64,000 nt of DNA from Bilabrum cf. latius (GCA_965178125.1 OZ237745.1:1-64000), one strand, 5' to 3'; counted from the first letter of the stretch, positions 13,967 to 25,372 are shown. The notes: a model not told the origin generated them from the letters alone. Numbers and translations are program-made.

Positions 13967-15196
13967 CGTATAGCTAGGGTTACGAAAGTGGCATATTTGG
14001 GTGTTTAATGGTCCATATCTCAGCCGATACTGGTCGTTGATGGCTGCGGCTTCGTCATAGCCGGGTCACGACTGCTTTCGCGTCGGCTACTTTTCGAACT
14101 CGGAGTCGAATTTCACACCCCTTCCTGCCCTCACTGTGCCCTCGGACTGTATCATGGAGGTGCTCCAGACCCACAGGCATGTGCTGCGACGCAGTTTGAC
14201 CACCAGCATGCATCACGGCGAATGGTAGAGCCGAACCAGTTTACCTGCTCCTATCTGATTCCGGATTGCAAGCGAACATGTGCCCGCGTCGTCTCGACTA
14301 GTTCCGACTCCGGCCTATCTAACCCGCATCGTATAGCACGCACATCCTGTCTGTGGGCCGAGAAATCGGCGTTCTCCGTATAGCTAGGGTTACGAAAGTG
14401 GCATATTTGGGTGTTTAATGGTCCATATCTCAGCCGATACTGGTCGTTGATGGCTGCGGCTTCGTCATAGCCGGGTCACGACTGCTTTCGCGTCGGTTAC
14501 TTTTCGAACTCGGAGTCGAATTTCACACCCCTTCCTGCCCTCACTGTGCCCTCGGACTGTATCATGGAGGTGCTCCAGACCCACAGGCATGTGCTGCGAC
14601 GCAGTTTGGCCACCAGCATGCATCACGGCGAATGGTAGAGCCGAACCAGTTTACCTGCTCCTATCTGATTCCGGATTGCAAGCGAACATGTGCCCGCGTC
14701 GTCTCGACTAGTTCCGACTCCGGCCTATCTAACCCGCATCGTATAGCACGCACATCCTGTCTGTGGGCCGAGAAATCGGCGTTCTCCGTATAGCTAGGGT
14801 TACGAAAGTGGCATATTTGGGTGTTTAATGGTCCATATCTCAGCCGATACTGGTCGTTGATGGCTGCGGCTTCGTCATAGCCGGGTCACGACTGCTTTCG
14901 CGTCGATTACTTTTCGAACTCGGAGTCGAATTTCACACCCCTTCCTGCCCTCACTGTGCCCTCGGACTGTATCATGGAGGTGCTCCAGACCCACAGGCAT
15001 GTGCTGCGACGCAGTTTGACCACCAGCATGCATCACGGCGAATGGTAGAGCCGAACCAGTTTACCTGCTCCTATCTGATTCCGGATTGCAAGCGAACATG
15101 TGCCCGCGTCGTCTCGACTAGTTCTGACTCCGGCCTATCTAACCCGCATCGTATAGCACGCACATCCTGTCTGTGGGCCGAGAAATCGGCGTTCTC
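13967..15196. repeat. 410-bp tandem repeat, 3 copies, sharing sequence with the start of block B
   Basis: CGTATAGCTAGGGTTACGAAAG at 13967, 14377, 14787 and 15197, and also at 11786. Confidence 0.93.
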
Positions 15197-16500
15197 CGTA
15201 TAGCTAGGGTTACGAAAGTGGCATATTTGGGTGTTTAATGGTCCATATCTCAGCCGATACTGGTCGTTGATGGCTGCGGCTTCGTCATAGCCGGGTCACG
15301 ACTGCTTTCGCGTCGGTTACTTTTCGAACTCGGAGTCGAATTTCACACCCCTTCCTGCCCTCACTGTGCCCTCGGACTGTATCATGGAGGTGCTCCAGAC
15401 CCACAGGCATGTGCTGCGACGCAGTTTGACCACCAGCATGCATCACGGCGAATGGTAGAGTCAGAGCCATGAAATCCATGTGTTCCAGGATATGTGATCT
15501 CGGATTGCCGAAGTAGCCCGGCGTGGCATTTTTATAGAATGCATATTCAAACGCACTCATGCCGCATCTGGTTGCTGAGCTATCGGGACTTGCGCAAATG
15601 TTTGGGCTAGCCCGAATCTTTGATCCATGTTTTCTCAGCCCGGAAATATGTCCAATGCCTTACACCTTCCACATGATGTCTACGCACCTCTGTTCCCTGG
15701 AATTACTCGGAGTTTCATAATTTTCAACCAAGTCTCACTCTTACCGGTCTGTGACATGCACCCTATTCCTAGCCTTGCCCCTTTGTGGGGGAGTTGCAAA
15801 TTCGATTTGCTGATTCATGAGTTTGCATTATTGCACTGTATCATTTACGGTACTTGGTTTTCTGACATGATTAAAAAATCCACCCAATTTTCGGGGCCAA
15901 CCTCCTCTCGCCGGTATATGACATACACCCTATTCCTAGCCTTGCCCCTTTGTGGGGGAGTTGCAAATTTGATTTGCTGATTCATGAGTTTGCATTATTG
16001 CACTGTATCATTTACGGTACTTGGTTTTCTGACATGATTAAAAAATCCACCCAATTTTCGGGGCCAACCTCCTCTCGCCGGTATATGACATACACCCTAT
16101 TCCTAGCCTTGCCCCTTTGTGGGGGAGTTGCAAATTCGATTTGCTGATTCATGAGTTTGCATTATTGCACTGTATCATTTACGGTACTTGGTTTTCTGAC
16201 ATTAATGAAGATCGCCAGTCACCCAGTCACTGTGGGCGTGGCGCCGACCAGATGAGCACTTACTTGTATTGCTCGATTGCTCGAGAGCTGTGTGCCAGCC
16301 ATTCTCCAAACTTCGCACACATGACACATGATGATGACTCAAAGTGCGAATGAACGGCTGAAATCAAGAAATCTCATTTACAGCTAATGAACGCCCCTAA
16401 GGAAAACCTCTTACCTAACCCGAACCCATGTACGTATGCAAACCCAACCATGTAGGTGTGCAAACCCCATACTTGCAATGCTTGATGTAATAGAATCACG
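15144..16500. repeat. Block B, copy 2, with 167-bp tandem units
   Basis: Matches 11733-13089 with only scattered substitutions. Confidence 0.92.
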
Positions 16501-17996
16501 GGGAACATTTGCCCCCAGTTGTGGTCCCAGGCCGTCCCGATGCAGTTTGAACGGTCTTCATATCTCATCTGGTTGCCGAGATCGCCGCGCGCATTTTTTC
16601 TGCATGACAATCTTCGTCCCACCATACTGTCGCCGCGCGGTATAAACGGAACCTGGGGAACATTTGCCCCCTGTTGTGGTCCCAGGCCGTCCCGATGCAG
16701 TTTGAACGGTCTTCATATCTCCTGTGGTTGCCGAGATCGCCGCGCGCATTTTTTCTGCCTGAAAATCTTCGTCCCCCCATACTGTCGCCGCGCGGTCAAA
16801 ACGGAATCTGGGGAACATTTGCCCCACATTGTACCCCCAGGCCGTCCCGATGCAGTATGAACGGTCTTCATATCTCATCTGGTTGCCGAGATCGTCGCGC
16901 GCATTTTTTCTGCATGACAATCTTCGTCCAGCCATATTGTCGCCGCGCGGAATAAACGGAACCTGGGGAACATTTGCCCCCAGTTGTGGTCCCAGGCCGT
17001 CCCGATGCAGTTTGAACGGTCTTCATATCTCCTGTGGTTGCCGAGATCGCCGCGCGCATTTTTTCTGCATGACAATCTTCGTCCAGCCATATTGTCGCCG
17101 CGCGGTATAAACGGAACCTGGGGAACATTTGCCCCCAGTTGTGGTCCCAGGCCGTCCCGATGCAGTTTGAACGGTCTTCATATCTCATCTGGTTGCCGAG
17201 ATCGCCGCGCGCATTTTTTCTGCCTGAAAATCTTCGTCCCCCCATACTGTCGCCGCGCGGTCAAAACGGAATCTGGGGAACATTTGCCCCACATTGTACC
17301 CCCAGGCCGTCCCGATGCAGTATGAACGGTCTTCATATCTCATCTGGTTGCCGAGATCGTCGCGCGCATTTTTTCTGCATGACAATCTTCGTCCAGCCAT
17401 ATTGTCGCCGCGCGGTATAAACGGAACCTGGGGAACATTTGCCCCCAGTTGTGGTCCCAGGCCGTCCCGATGCAGTTTGAACGGTCTTCATATCTCATCT
17501 GGTTGCCGAGATCGCCGCGCGCATTTTTTCTGCATGACAATCTTCGTCCAGCCATATTGTCGCCGCGCGGTATAAACGGAACCTGGGGAACATTTGCCCC
17601 CAGTTGTGGTCCCAGGCCGTCCCGATGCAGTTTGAACGGTCTTCATATCTCATCTGGTTGCCGAGATCGTCGCGCGCATTTTTTCTGCATGACAATCTTC
17701 GTCCAGCCATATTGTCGCCGCGCGGTATAAACGGAACCTGGGGAACATTTGCCTAACATTGTACCCCCAGGCCGTCCCGATGCAGTTTGAACGGTCTTCA
17801 TATCTCATCTGGTTGCCGAGATCGTTGCGCGCATTTTTTCTGCATGACAATCTTCGTCCAGCCATATTGTCGCCGCGCGGTCAAAACGGAACCTGGGGAA
17901 CATTTGCCCCACATTGTACCCCCAGGCCGTCCCGATGCAGTTTGAACGGTCCTCATATCTCATCTGGTTGCCGAGATCGTCGCGCGCATTTTTTCG
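16501..17996. repeat. 155-bp tandem satellite, ~9.7 copies
   Basis: Same unit as 13090-13966 with a 155-bp period. Confidence 0.95.
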
Positions 17997-18056
17997 ACAA
18001 AAAGTGAAGATGAAAATTTTTTTTCCCCGACCCTGTCCCTGACTTTATATTAGATA

Positions 18057-18412
18057 CCCTAACCCTAACCCTAACCCTAACCCTAACCCTAACCCTAACC
18101 CTAACCCTAACCCTAACCCTAACCCTAACCCTAACCCTAACCCTAACCCTAACCCTAACCCTAACCCTAACCCTAACCCTAACCCTAACCCTAACCCTAA
18201 CCCTAACCCTAACCCTAACCCTAACCCTAACCCTAACCCTAACCCTAACCCTAACCCTAACCCTAACCCTAACCCTAACCCTAACCCTAACCCTAACCCT
18301 AACCCTAACCCTAACCCTAACCCTAACCCTAACCCTAACCCTAACCCTAACCCTAACCCTAACCCTAACCCTAACCCTAACCCTAACCCTAACCCTAACC
18401 CTAACCCTAACC

Positions 18413-18447
<35 letters not shown>
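18057..18447 (+). repeat. Telomeric tract (CCCTAA)n, ~65 units, internal to the window
   Basis: Perfect CCCTAA array with a single CCCTAAA variant near the right end. C-rich on the + strand, which is left-end orientation. Confidence 0.98.
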
Positions 18448-18451
18448 AAAA

Positions 18452-18737
18452 ATGGGCCGGTGACTGGGTGGTGCCGCGGATGGACCAGGAGGCAGGTAGT
18501 GGGCAGATGGGCCGGTGACTGGGTGGTGCCGCGGATGGACCAGGAGGCAGGTAGTGGGCAGATGGGCCGGTGACTGGGTGGTGCCGCGGATGGACCAGGA
18601 GGCAGGTAGTGGGCAGGTGGGCCGGTGACTGGGTGGTGCCGCGGATGGACCAGGAGGCAGGTAGTGGGCAGATGGGCCAGTGACTGGGTGGTGCCGCGGA
18701 TGGACCAGGAGGCAGGTAGTGGGCAGATGGGCCAGTG
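18452..18737. repeat. Subtelomeric 55-bp G-rich tandem repeat, ~5.2 copies
   Basis: ATGGGCCGGTGACTGGGTGGTGCCGCGGATGGACCAGGAGGCAGGTAGTGGGCAG starting at 18452, 18507, 18562, 18617 and 18672, with a partial copy at 18727. Confidence 0.93.
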
Positions 18738-19235
18738 CCAGCGGCGTGATGAGCTTTATGGTTCTTTGTGAGCACTCGGGGTGGAGACAAATTCACTAAC
18801 GTAATCTGGGATACTCCGTCCTCGAGCTTCACCCCCTTTCCAATGCCATGACCCGCCGTGTCTTCTCAGTCCGTCTCCACGCAGATGCATGCCGGCAATG
18901 TGGCCAAGTAGCTATATTCTTCCCGCCCTGCCCAATAGTACGCATGGCATCCTAAATAGACCCACCCTAGGCCGCCGACACCACCACTTTCCTCGGTGTC
19001 CCATGCATCGTGCCGCACGCCGACGCCCCGCTCACCTCCCAGCCCACGAATGGCAGGTGATGATCAACGCGTTCGCATTTCCTAGTAGCGCCCTGCCCTG
19101 GGGACTGATGGGGCCCAGGCGCGCGCGGCTGGCGGCCCCTGCCCCAGCCAAGAACCCCCCTGCCAGCCCAAGCACCCCTCTCGGCCCGCATGATGCAGCG
19201 TCGGTGCCGCCAGCCCATGCAAGGAAGAAGGGAAG

Positions 19236-20189
19236 TTACAGCTCCTCTAGATTCCGTGTGGACCCTCTATCCCCCTCCTATTGGCCCCCATCCGCGGCAT
19301 CTGCCGCGGATGGTCCCGCCTGCCGCACCTGCCCATCTTTCTACTCCCCCGAATGCTCAAGGTGCTGCTGCTTGACGGCGTGCCCCAGCACGTGAGGCCG
19401 CAGTAAAAAGGGTACCCCGGGCATGCTCATTCGCCGCACGTTTGCCCTCCACTGCTCCCTGTTCATGATGGTGTGGCCTGTCTCCCGCGTGAGGGTGCAC
19501 CCGTCCCCCAGCAGCGTCCATAGGCCCAGCGCCTGCACCCCCCGCTGCACTGCCTGCAGCCACTCGCCCTCGCCCTCGCCCTCTTTCGCCGCCAGGACAT
19601 GCTCCAGGAACACAAAAATGCCACCCGGCCGGAGCACCCGGTGTATTTCATTCAGCGCCGCATCCACGCTGGGCACGGAGCACAGCACCAGCGTGGACAC
19701 GACGACATCCACGGACGCATCTTGAACGGAATCGAGGGCCTGCGCGCCCTCTGCTATCAGCATCACGTCGGTCCCTCTCGCCCGCAGCGAGTGGTTCGCA
19801 ATCTGGTCCTCAAGGTCATCATGCATCCACTCGTTGGGCTCAGCCAGTATGAGCTTGCGCGGCGGCGGGAGCAGGGCGTATACAGGGAGGTTGGCTCCAA
19901 GCCCAGGACCGATCTCAAGCACCGTGGCGCCCCCCAATTGGTCACTGTGAGGACTAAGCAGGTTCTGACGTATATCGAGAGATGCCCTCGCGCTTGGAGG
20001 GCCGATGAGCTGCCAGAACTTGTAAAAGGACAGCTGCTGGGCGCCGGGAATCCAAGCAATCGAAGCCACGGCGAGGACTAGGGCAATTGTTATTGCCCCG
20101 AGGAGTCCCGCGCCGTAGCAGGCGCAGCAACGTAAAGAAAAGCAGCGCTTCGAGGGTGTATCCTGCGTTCGGCTCCCAGATTGCGGCAT
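19236..20189 (-). CDS. Class I SAM-dependent methyltransferase, METTL7-like, with N-terminal hydrophobic anchor
   Basis: Motifs VLEIGPGLGAN, SVDVVVSTLVLCSV and EIHRVLRPGG..FLEHV. Reading through TAG at 19341 and 19278 ends the protein ...NLEEL at TAA 19236. Confidence 0.85.
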
Positions 20190-20372
20190 GCTCGCTTGCT
20201 TTCCACCTTCTCCACGAAGATGGCAGGCCCACCGGCTTAAGTCTTCTGCTCAAGAGAAAAGCTCGCTGCCAGTGCAAAGGCAGTCTGGCGCGTGTTGTGG
20301 CATCCGGAATGACATTGCAAAATCGCAAGATCCGTAGATCCAGCCAAAAAGTATCTGAGATCCAACGCTACG

Positions 20373-22064
20373 ATGCGATCATGCACAGTTTGTATGATCA
20401 TAAGCGCACTATCATGCTAGGTAGCCTTCGGGGAAGATGTGAAGCTTGCTATTCCGAACATTTGGGGTTCTCATCAAGTGGTTTAGGCTGGTGCTCCATC
20501 GCAACTCTGGGGTGCCGCGACACCGGGAAGCAGCATTGTAATTACAGCTGAAGATGTATCGGTCAAACTTGAAGCGACTTCCAATTCAACTGGTCAATGG
20601 CAGGTAGAATGGCCCTCACTGCCGTTCCGTCGCACAGCTTTTGCGATATCGATCAAAGCTACTTATCCCAGCGGTGGATCAGATCAGATCATACTCAGAG
20701 ACATGTTGATCGGAGATGTCATTGTGTGCTCTGGGCAGTCCAACATGCAATTTCCGTTGGAGCTGGCCCTCAATGCGTCAGCCGCGATTCAGACAGCCAC
20801 GCTTCCGCTGCTTCGAATCCTACAGGTTGCCACTCTTCCAGAGTATGTGAACGCCAGCAAGCCCCAAAGTAATGCCACGATGTCTATACGATGGTCTGTC
20901 GCCACTCCAGACAACGTTCCCAGTTTTTCAGGTGTGTGCTTCTTTGCTGGTCGCGACATGATGCTTGCCGTGCCCGAGCCGGATCGGCGCCCGCTCGGGC
21001 TGATCGAGTCTTGCCTCGGCGGGAGCTACATTGAGAGCTGGATGAGCGGCCGAGCGCTCGCGAAGTGCCCTGGTTCAACCGATCAGCCTCACTTCCCTCC
21101 AGCACAGACGACGGCCCTATGGTACAGCAAGATCTGGCCCTTGCTGCCGCTGAGCATCCGCGCCGTGCTGTGGGACCAGGGAGAGAGCAACATCTTCCAG
21201 CCAGACCTGTACCAGTGCGAGCTGCCCACCATGGTGCAGGACTGGCGCACCTGGTGGCGTTCCAAGGCCCGCCCCCACGGCCCGGCCCTCCCCGCCCTGG
21301 ACCAGTTCCCCTTCGCGTACCGACAGCTGCACGCCTATCCCTCGGGGGGCGCACACGGCCCTATGCGGATTGGCATGGCAGCGGTGGAGCACGCCGCCCC
21401 GCACATGGGGTACTATCCCACGTACGACATCGGGAACATGACGAGTCCGTGGGGCAACATCCACTTCCCCGACAAGCAGGAGGCGGGCAGGAGGGCGGCG
21501 CTGCTGGTGCGGGGGCTCTGGCAGCAGCAGGGCAACGGCAGTGGCATCCTTTCGAGTGGGGATCGCGAGGAGGCTGCACGCCTGCGAGGTACTGGTCCCG
21601 GCACTGAGGGGCTGCAGCCGATCCCCGCCAGCTCCTTCTTGGGCCCTGAGCTGGCCAATGTGACCGTGGTTAGCTACGGCAATCCACAGATCACGCACAA
21701 CAAGCGGTTCTTCGCAGTGGACCTGACCTTCTCCAACGCAGGGCCGGGGAATCCCCTGCGACTGCCGCTCGGGGGACAGCCCCCCTACAGCGGTGTGGAG
21801 CTTTTGCTGGGTACGGGGTTCGGCGTGTACAACGACTCGTGCGACGGGCTGTGGGTGCCCACTCTGGCCAGCCTGGTGGGTCCCGCCACTCTGCGGCTGA
21901 ATGCCTCGCTGGATCTCGGGAGCGCGGTGGTGCCTCTGCAGGTTAGATACGGCGTTATGGACTGGCCCATCGCCGGGCTGAGGGGCACCGCCGAGGACCA
22001 GCCAGCCAGGCCGTTCCAGGCTGCCATCCCGCCGGAGCCTGCGGTTCGCAGGGAGGAGCTCTGA
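20373..22064 (+). CDS. SIAE: Secreted sialate O-acetylesterase (SASA family)
   Basis: ATG 20373, signal-peptide-like start, then PNIWGSHQVV*AG..LWG, GDVIVCSGQSNM, GGSYIESW, WDQGESN and IHFPDKQ. In-frame TAG at 20418 and 20484; ends REEL-TGA. Confidence 0.88.
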
Positions 22065-22296
22065 GGACAACAGAAGGTGGGGGATCTGTGCATGGGCTAG
22101 TATGCCACGAGAGAAAAGCATCGGTTGGTGGCTCCCGCTGCCTCACCGTGGACCTCGAGTGACTCAAGAGACTCGACTACTAGAAGCTCCACAATGAACT
22201 AGTCTAGAACGAGTGTGTGAGGCGAGAATATGTCGATTGATTTGGCGACAGGCTGCTTTTGCATCCCATCATGTCCTATCATCGCATCGAATCCAT

Positions 22297-24204
22297 TCAG
22301 TACACCTGATGCTCATCATCTGAGCTGTCTCCGTACTCGCCCTCCCTATGCACAGCGCTCGATACCCCCACCCCTTCCTCTTGACCCTCACCACTGGCAG
22401 CCTGCCCCAACACGGTGGCTCTTCTAGGCTGGATCCCCACAGAAGTGGTCACGCTGGCTCGGTGAGAAGCGCCCACCTGCGAGCCATCCTGCCCGCCGCC
22501 TATGCCCAGGCTGGCGCTGCCGGCCACACTGGCCGCTGACTGCACCGGCAGAGGCACGTCTTGCCTGCCTCCCTGCCTCTGCCCATCCCCCTGCATGCCA
22601 GACGATCGCCCGCCGCCTACCTCCCCATCGCCATGCCGCCCATCCACCCCGTCGGGCAGGGTCACCGTCAGCCTCCTGTCCGCTGTCTGGGCCGCATCAA
22701 AGAAGTGCATGCTCTCCTCTGCAGTGAATCCAGAGCTGCGGTGGGACGACTGCCGGTCCCCGCCGGTCATACGCACGCCTGCACCGGCCAGATGGACCCC
22801 CCGACCCTGCCGCTGCCCCTGTCCCGAAGCTAGTCCCCTATCTGAGACAGAAGAACCCAACGGTGCAAGGAGCCTTGCGCCCCGCCCCTATCCCCTGGAC
22901 GACGTCTCCGCCCGCAGCCGACTCTGCCTGCGAGGCTCCTGCCTGCTCGTCGCTCGCCCGATCCGCCATGCCCCAGCCCCCCCAGCCCCCCCAGCCCCCC
23001 CAGCCCCCCTGGCCCCTGCCTGCTCGCTGCCGTCCCCCAGTCCCGCAGACCTCTCGGACCCCAGCCCGCTGCCAATCTGAGAGGGTGGCCTGGAACCACC
23101 CTCACTGGTCCCGCCTGCAGTCGCCTAGCTCCTGCTGCCCAGCTCAAGGGCCTGCAGGGTGCTGTCCTGAGGGCCCGCGCGATGGAGGGCATGCAGGGGA
23201 GCTGTAGCGCCCATACGCTGAGTCGCCATGCCACCGTCTCGTCGAACTGGAGCCCGCGCGCTGTGAGGTGCCGGCAGCAGCAGCTAGTCCTCCGAGTCGG
23301 CTCCTGGCCCGAGCCCAAGCTCCCGGTGCGACCTCCCACTGGCGTGTGGCCGGCGGCCTCCCGCGCTGCTGTCCCGCCTGAAGTCGCTGCCCGCGCCGCT
23401 GGGAGCCTCACTGAATCGGCGCCGCTGCTCAATCCCCAGAGCTCCACTCGCCGAATCAGCTGTGCTGCCCAGGTCGCTGCGTGGGCCAGCAGGAGGCAGC
23501 TTCCCGCTGGCCTCTTGGTATGTGTAAAAGGTAGTGTCCGACCTGCTTGTCATGCCAGTCATGCCCGTCTACTCCCGGCGCGCTCGACCAGGCAGCATGC
23601 TAAACGAATGATCCGTAGCCCTAGCTGGTCTCAACTTCCCCGCTTGATGGGGCTCGCTTGTGCCAGGCAGCTGAGCATTGCCACGGCCCGGATCGAACTC
23701 CTGAAGTGTTGACGACATGTCCCCAGCCATCAGATTTTCACCAACCACTCCGACAAATCGCTACTGCTTCTACCACTCCATAACGCTGCTAAGGTTGCTC
23801 TACATACGCGTTCGACGCCCAAAGTCTAGCTCTGACTACCGACGATACTCGGCGCCAGCCTCACGAGGAAGGAAAAGGGAAGCCTCTGTCTATCGCCGCT
23901 CTGAATTTCCGTCATTTTTGCCATCATGGTCATAACCGTAGTCTTCGTGAATGCCTGCATGAAATCCAGCATCATTGACGGCAGCATCATCTACGCCGAC
24001 GTCCACGGGTTCACCGCTCAGCAGCTTCTCATCGAGCCCGCGACTTCGCCTTCGTCGACGCTTGCGAGACTTACTTCGTCTGCAACATTGCAACTGGCAG
24101 TATCGAGCCAGCAAGCACGATAGCAGAACTCCAGCTACGCTGATCACTCCAATCAGAACACCAGATGCGCCGCAGCTCAAGTTTGACACTGTAAAGCATG
24201 TCAT
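22297..24204 (-). CDS. ~635-aa protein with one N-terminal TM helix and a long low-complexity tail
   Basis: Track ORFs 23890-24231, 23284-23562 and 22297-22860 share one frame with 9 TAGs and no TAA/TGA until TGA 22297. TM segment VLIGVISVAGVLLSCLL is followed by a basic cluster. Confidence 0.65.
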
Positions 24205-24512
24205 GATTGCAGGTGCTCTTTCCAGACCCACGGGGTGTATGCTTGAAGCGTAAAAAATCAGCAGATCATGGACTCAAATCAAATCACCGATAAGATACCA
24301 AGATACTATAGATGCGGCAAGAATCTATGGCAGCGATTCCGGTTTGATATCCGGTGTAGGCGCATGACGACTTCTAGTGGAATTGCAGGTTGTGCTGTGG
24401 AAATTCATTGCAGTGTATGTTTAAAGGGTTCTCTTCTGTGTCTCCAGCCGTGCTCGCATCATATGAATCGGGCAACAGCGGGATCCAGCCCTGATACACT
24501 GCCAATGGAAGT

Positions 24513-25240
24513 TCACTCCTCCTTCAGGTACTGGCGGCTGCACTTACCGCAGTAGTAGCGGTCCCTGTGCTCGGCCATGAAAACGCCGACACCGCACATG
24601 GGGTGGGGGCACTCCTGGCGCACCTTCTCCACCTTGCCGTCCTCCTTCACGTTGTAGTACTTGAGGGTAGCCAGGGGGGTGTTCTTATACTTGGCCTTCA
24701 CCTTCTTGGGAGTGGTGTACGTCTTCTTCTTGCGCTTCTTGCCGCCGCCGAGCAGCCCCAGGAAGATACTGAGGGTGGCCTCCTCCTCCACCAGCTCAGA
24801 CACGCGGGCCTCGCCATCGAGGACCAGGCCGCCCATGGACAGGCGAGCCTCGGGCAGGCCCTCAGCCTCTGCCACGCGCATGGCCACATCCTTGACAGTG
24901 GTAGTCTCAGTCACATCGCACGCATGCGTGCTCACTCCCTGCTATTGGAAACATGACAGGAGCAAGTAGAAATTGTGATCGGCCAGCCGAAAAAGGCAAA
25001 CATGTGACACTAGCCGTACGCAGATCAAGGAAAATTCATTAGAATACAGCTAGAAAAAAGCTAGAGCGGCTGTAGGTGCCAATTCACACGGTGAAGTCAA
25101 CCAGAAAAATAGGACAGATGCAACTCGCACGATGCATGGAACCACAGCTTATCTTCGCCTGACCGGACTCGAGGTCAGATTCAAATGCATATTCAATACA
25201 AAGATAGATACAATGCTCTCACCTTCACGAAAATCTGCAT
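24513..25240 (-). CDS. RPS27A: 40S ribosomal protein eS31/S27a fused to a divergent ubiquitin-like domain; intron 24939-25222
   Basis: Exon 1 MQIFVK followed by GTGAG donor. Exon 2 contains ..[18 protein letters not shown] and the zinc finger [25 protein letters not shown]; ends TGA. Confidence 0.95.
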
Positions 25241-25372
25241 CCTGTGCGTCCTCTCTTCGCGAACGGGGTTAGTGGCTCGCAGGTGATCCGAGCCTCTAAT
25301 TGTACCGTGCGCATTAGAAAACGATTTTCACTCTATTGGGGCATCTCGTTCATCTCAAGGCTACTTTGCGTC

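Noticed and set aside
13090-17996. CRISPR-like array
   Set aside because: Whole units repeat with no unique spacers, no cas genes are present, and the context is eukaryotic.
11874-18007. Repeated 70-125-aa ORFs in block B and the 155-bp arrays
   Set aside because: They recur with the repeat period, and the unit lengths (155, 167, 410) are not multiples of 3.
18057-18447. End-to-end chromosome fusion
   Set aside because: There is no head-to-head TTAGGG/CCCTAA inversion; only one orientation is present.
20484-20486. TAG as pyrrolysine, Trp via A-to-I editing, Leu or Tyr
   Set aside because: The most informative aligned positions are Gln, and the coiled-coil contexts are polar. Glu is not fully excluded at every site, and U-to-C editing needs RNA data to exclude.
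24939-25222. Possible H/ACA snoRNA in the RPS27A intron (hairpin followed by ACA)
   Set aside because: No convincing H box or two-sided pseudouridylation pocket; an Infernal or snoGPS search would be needed.
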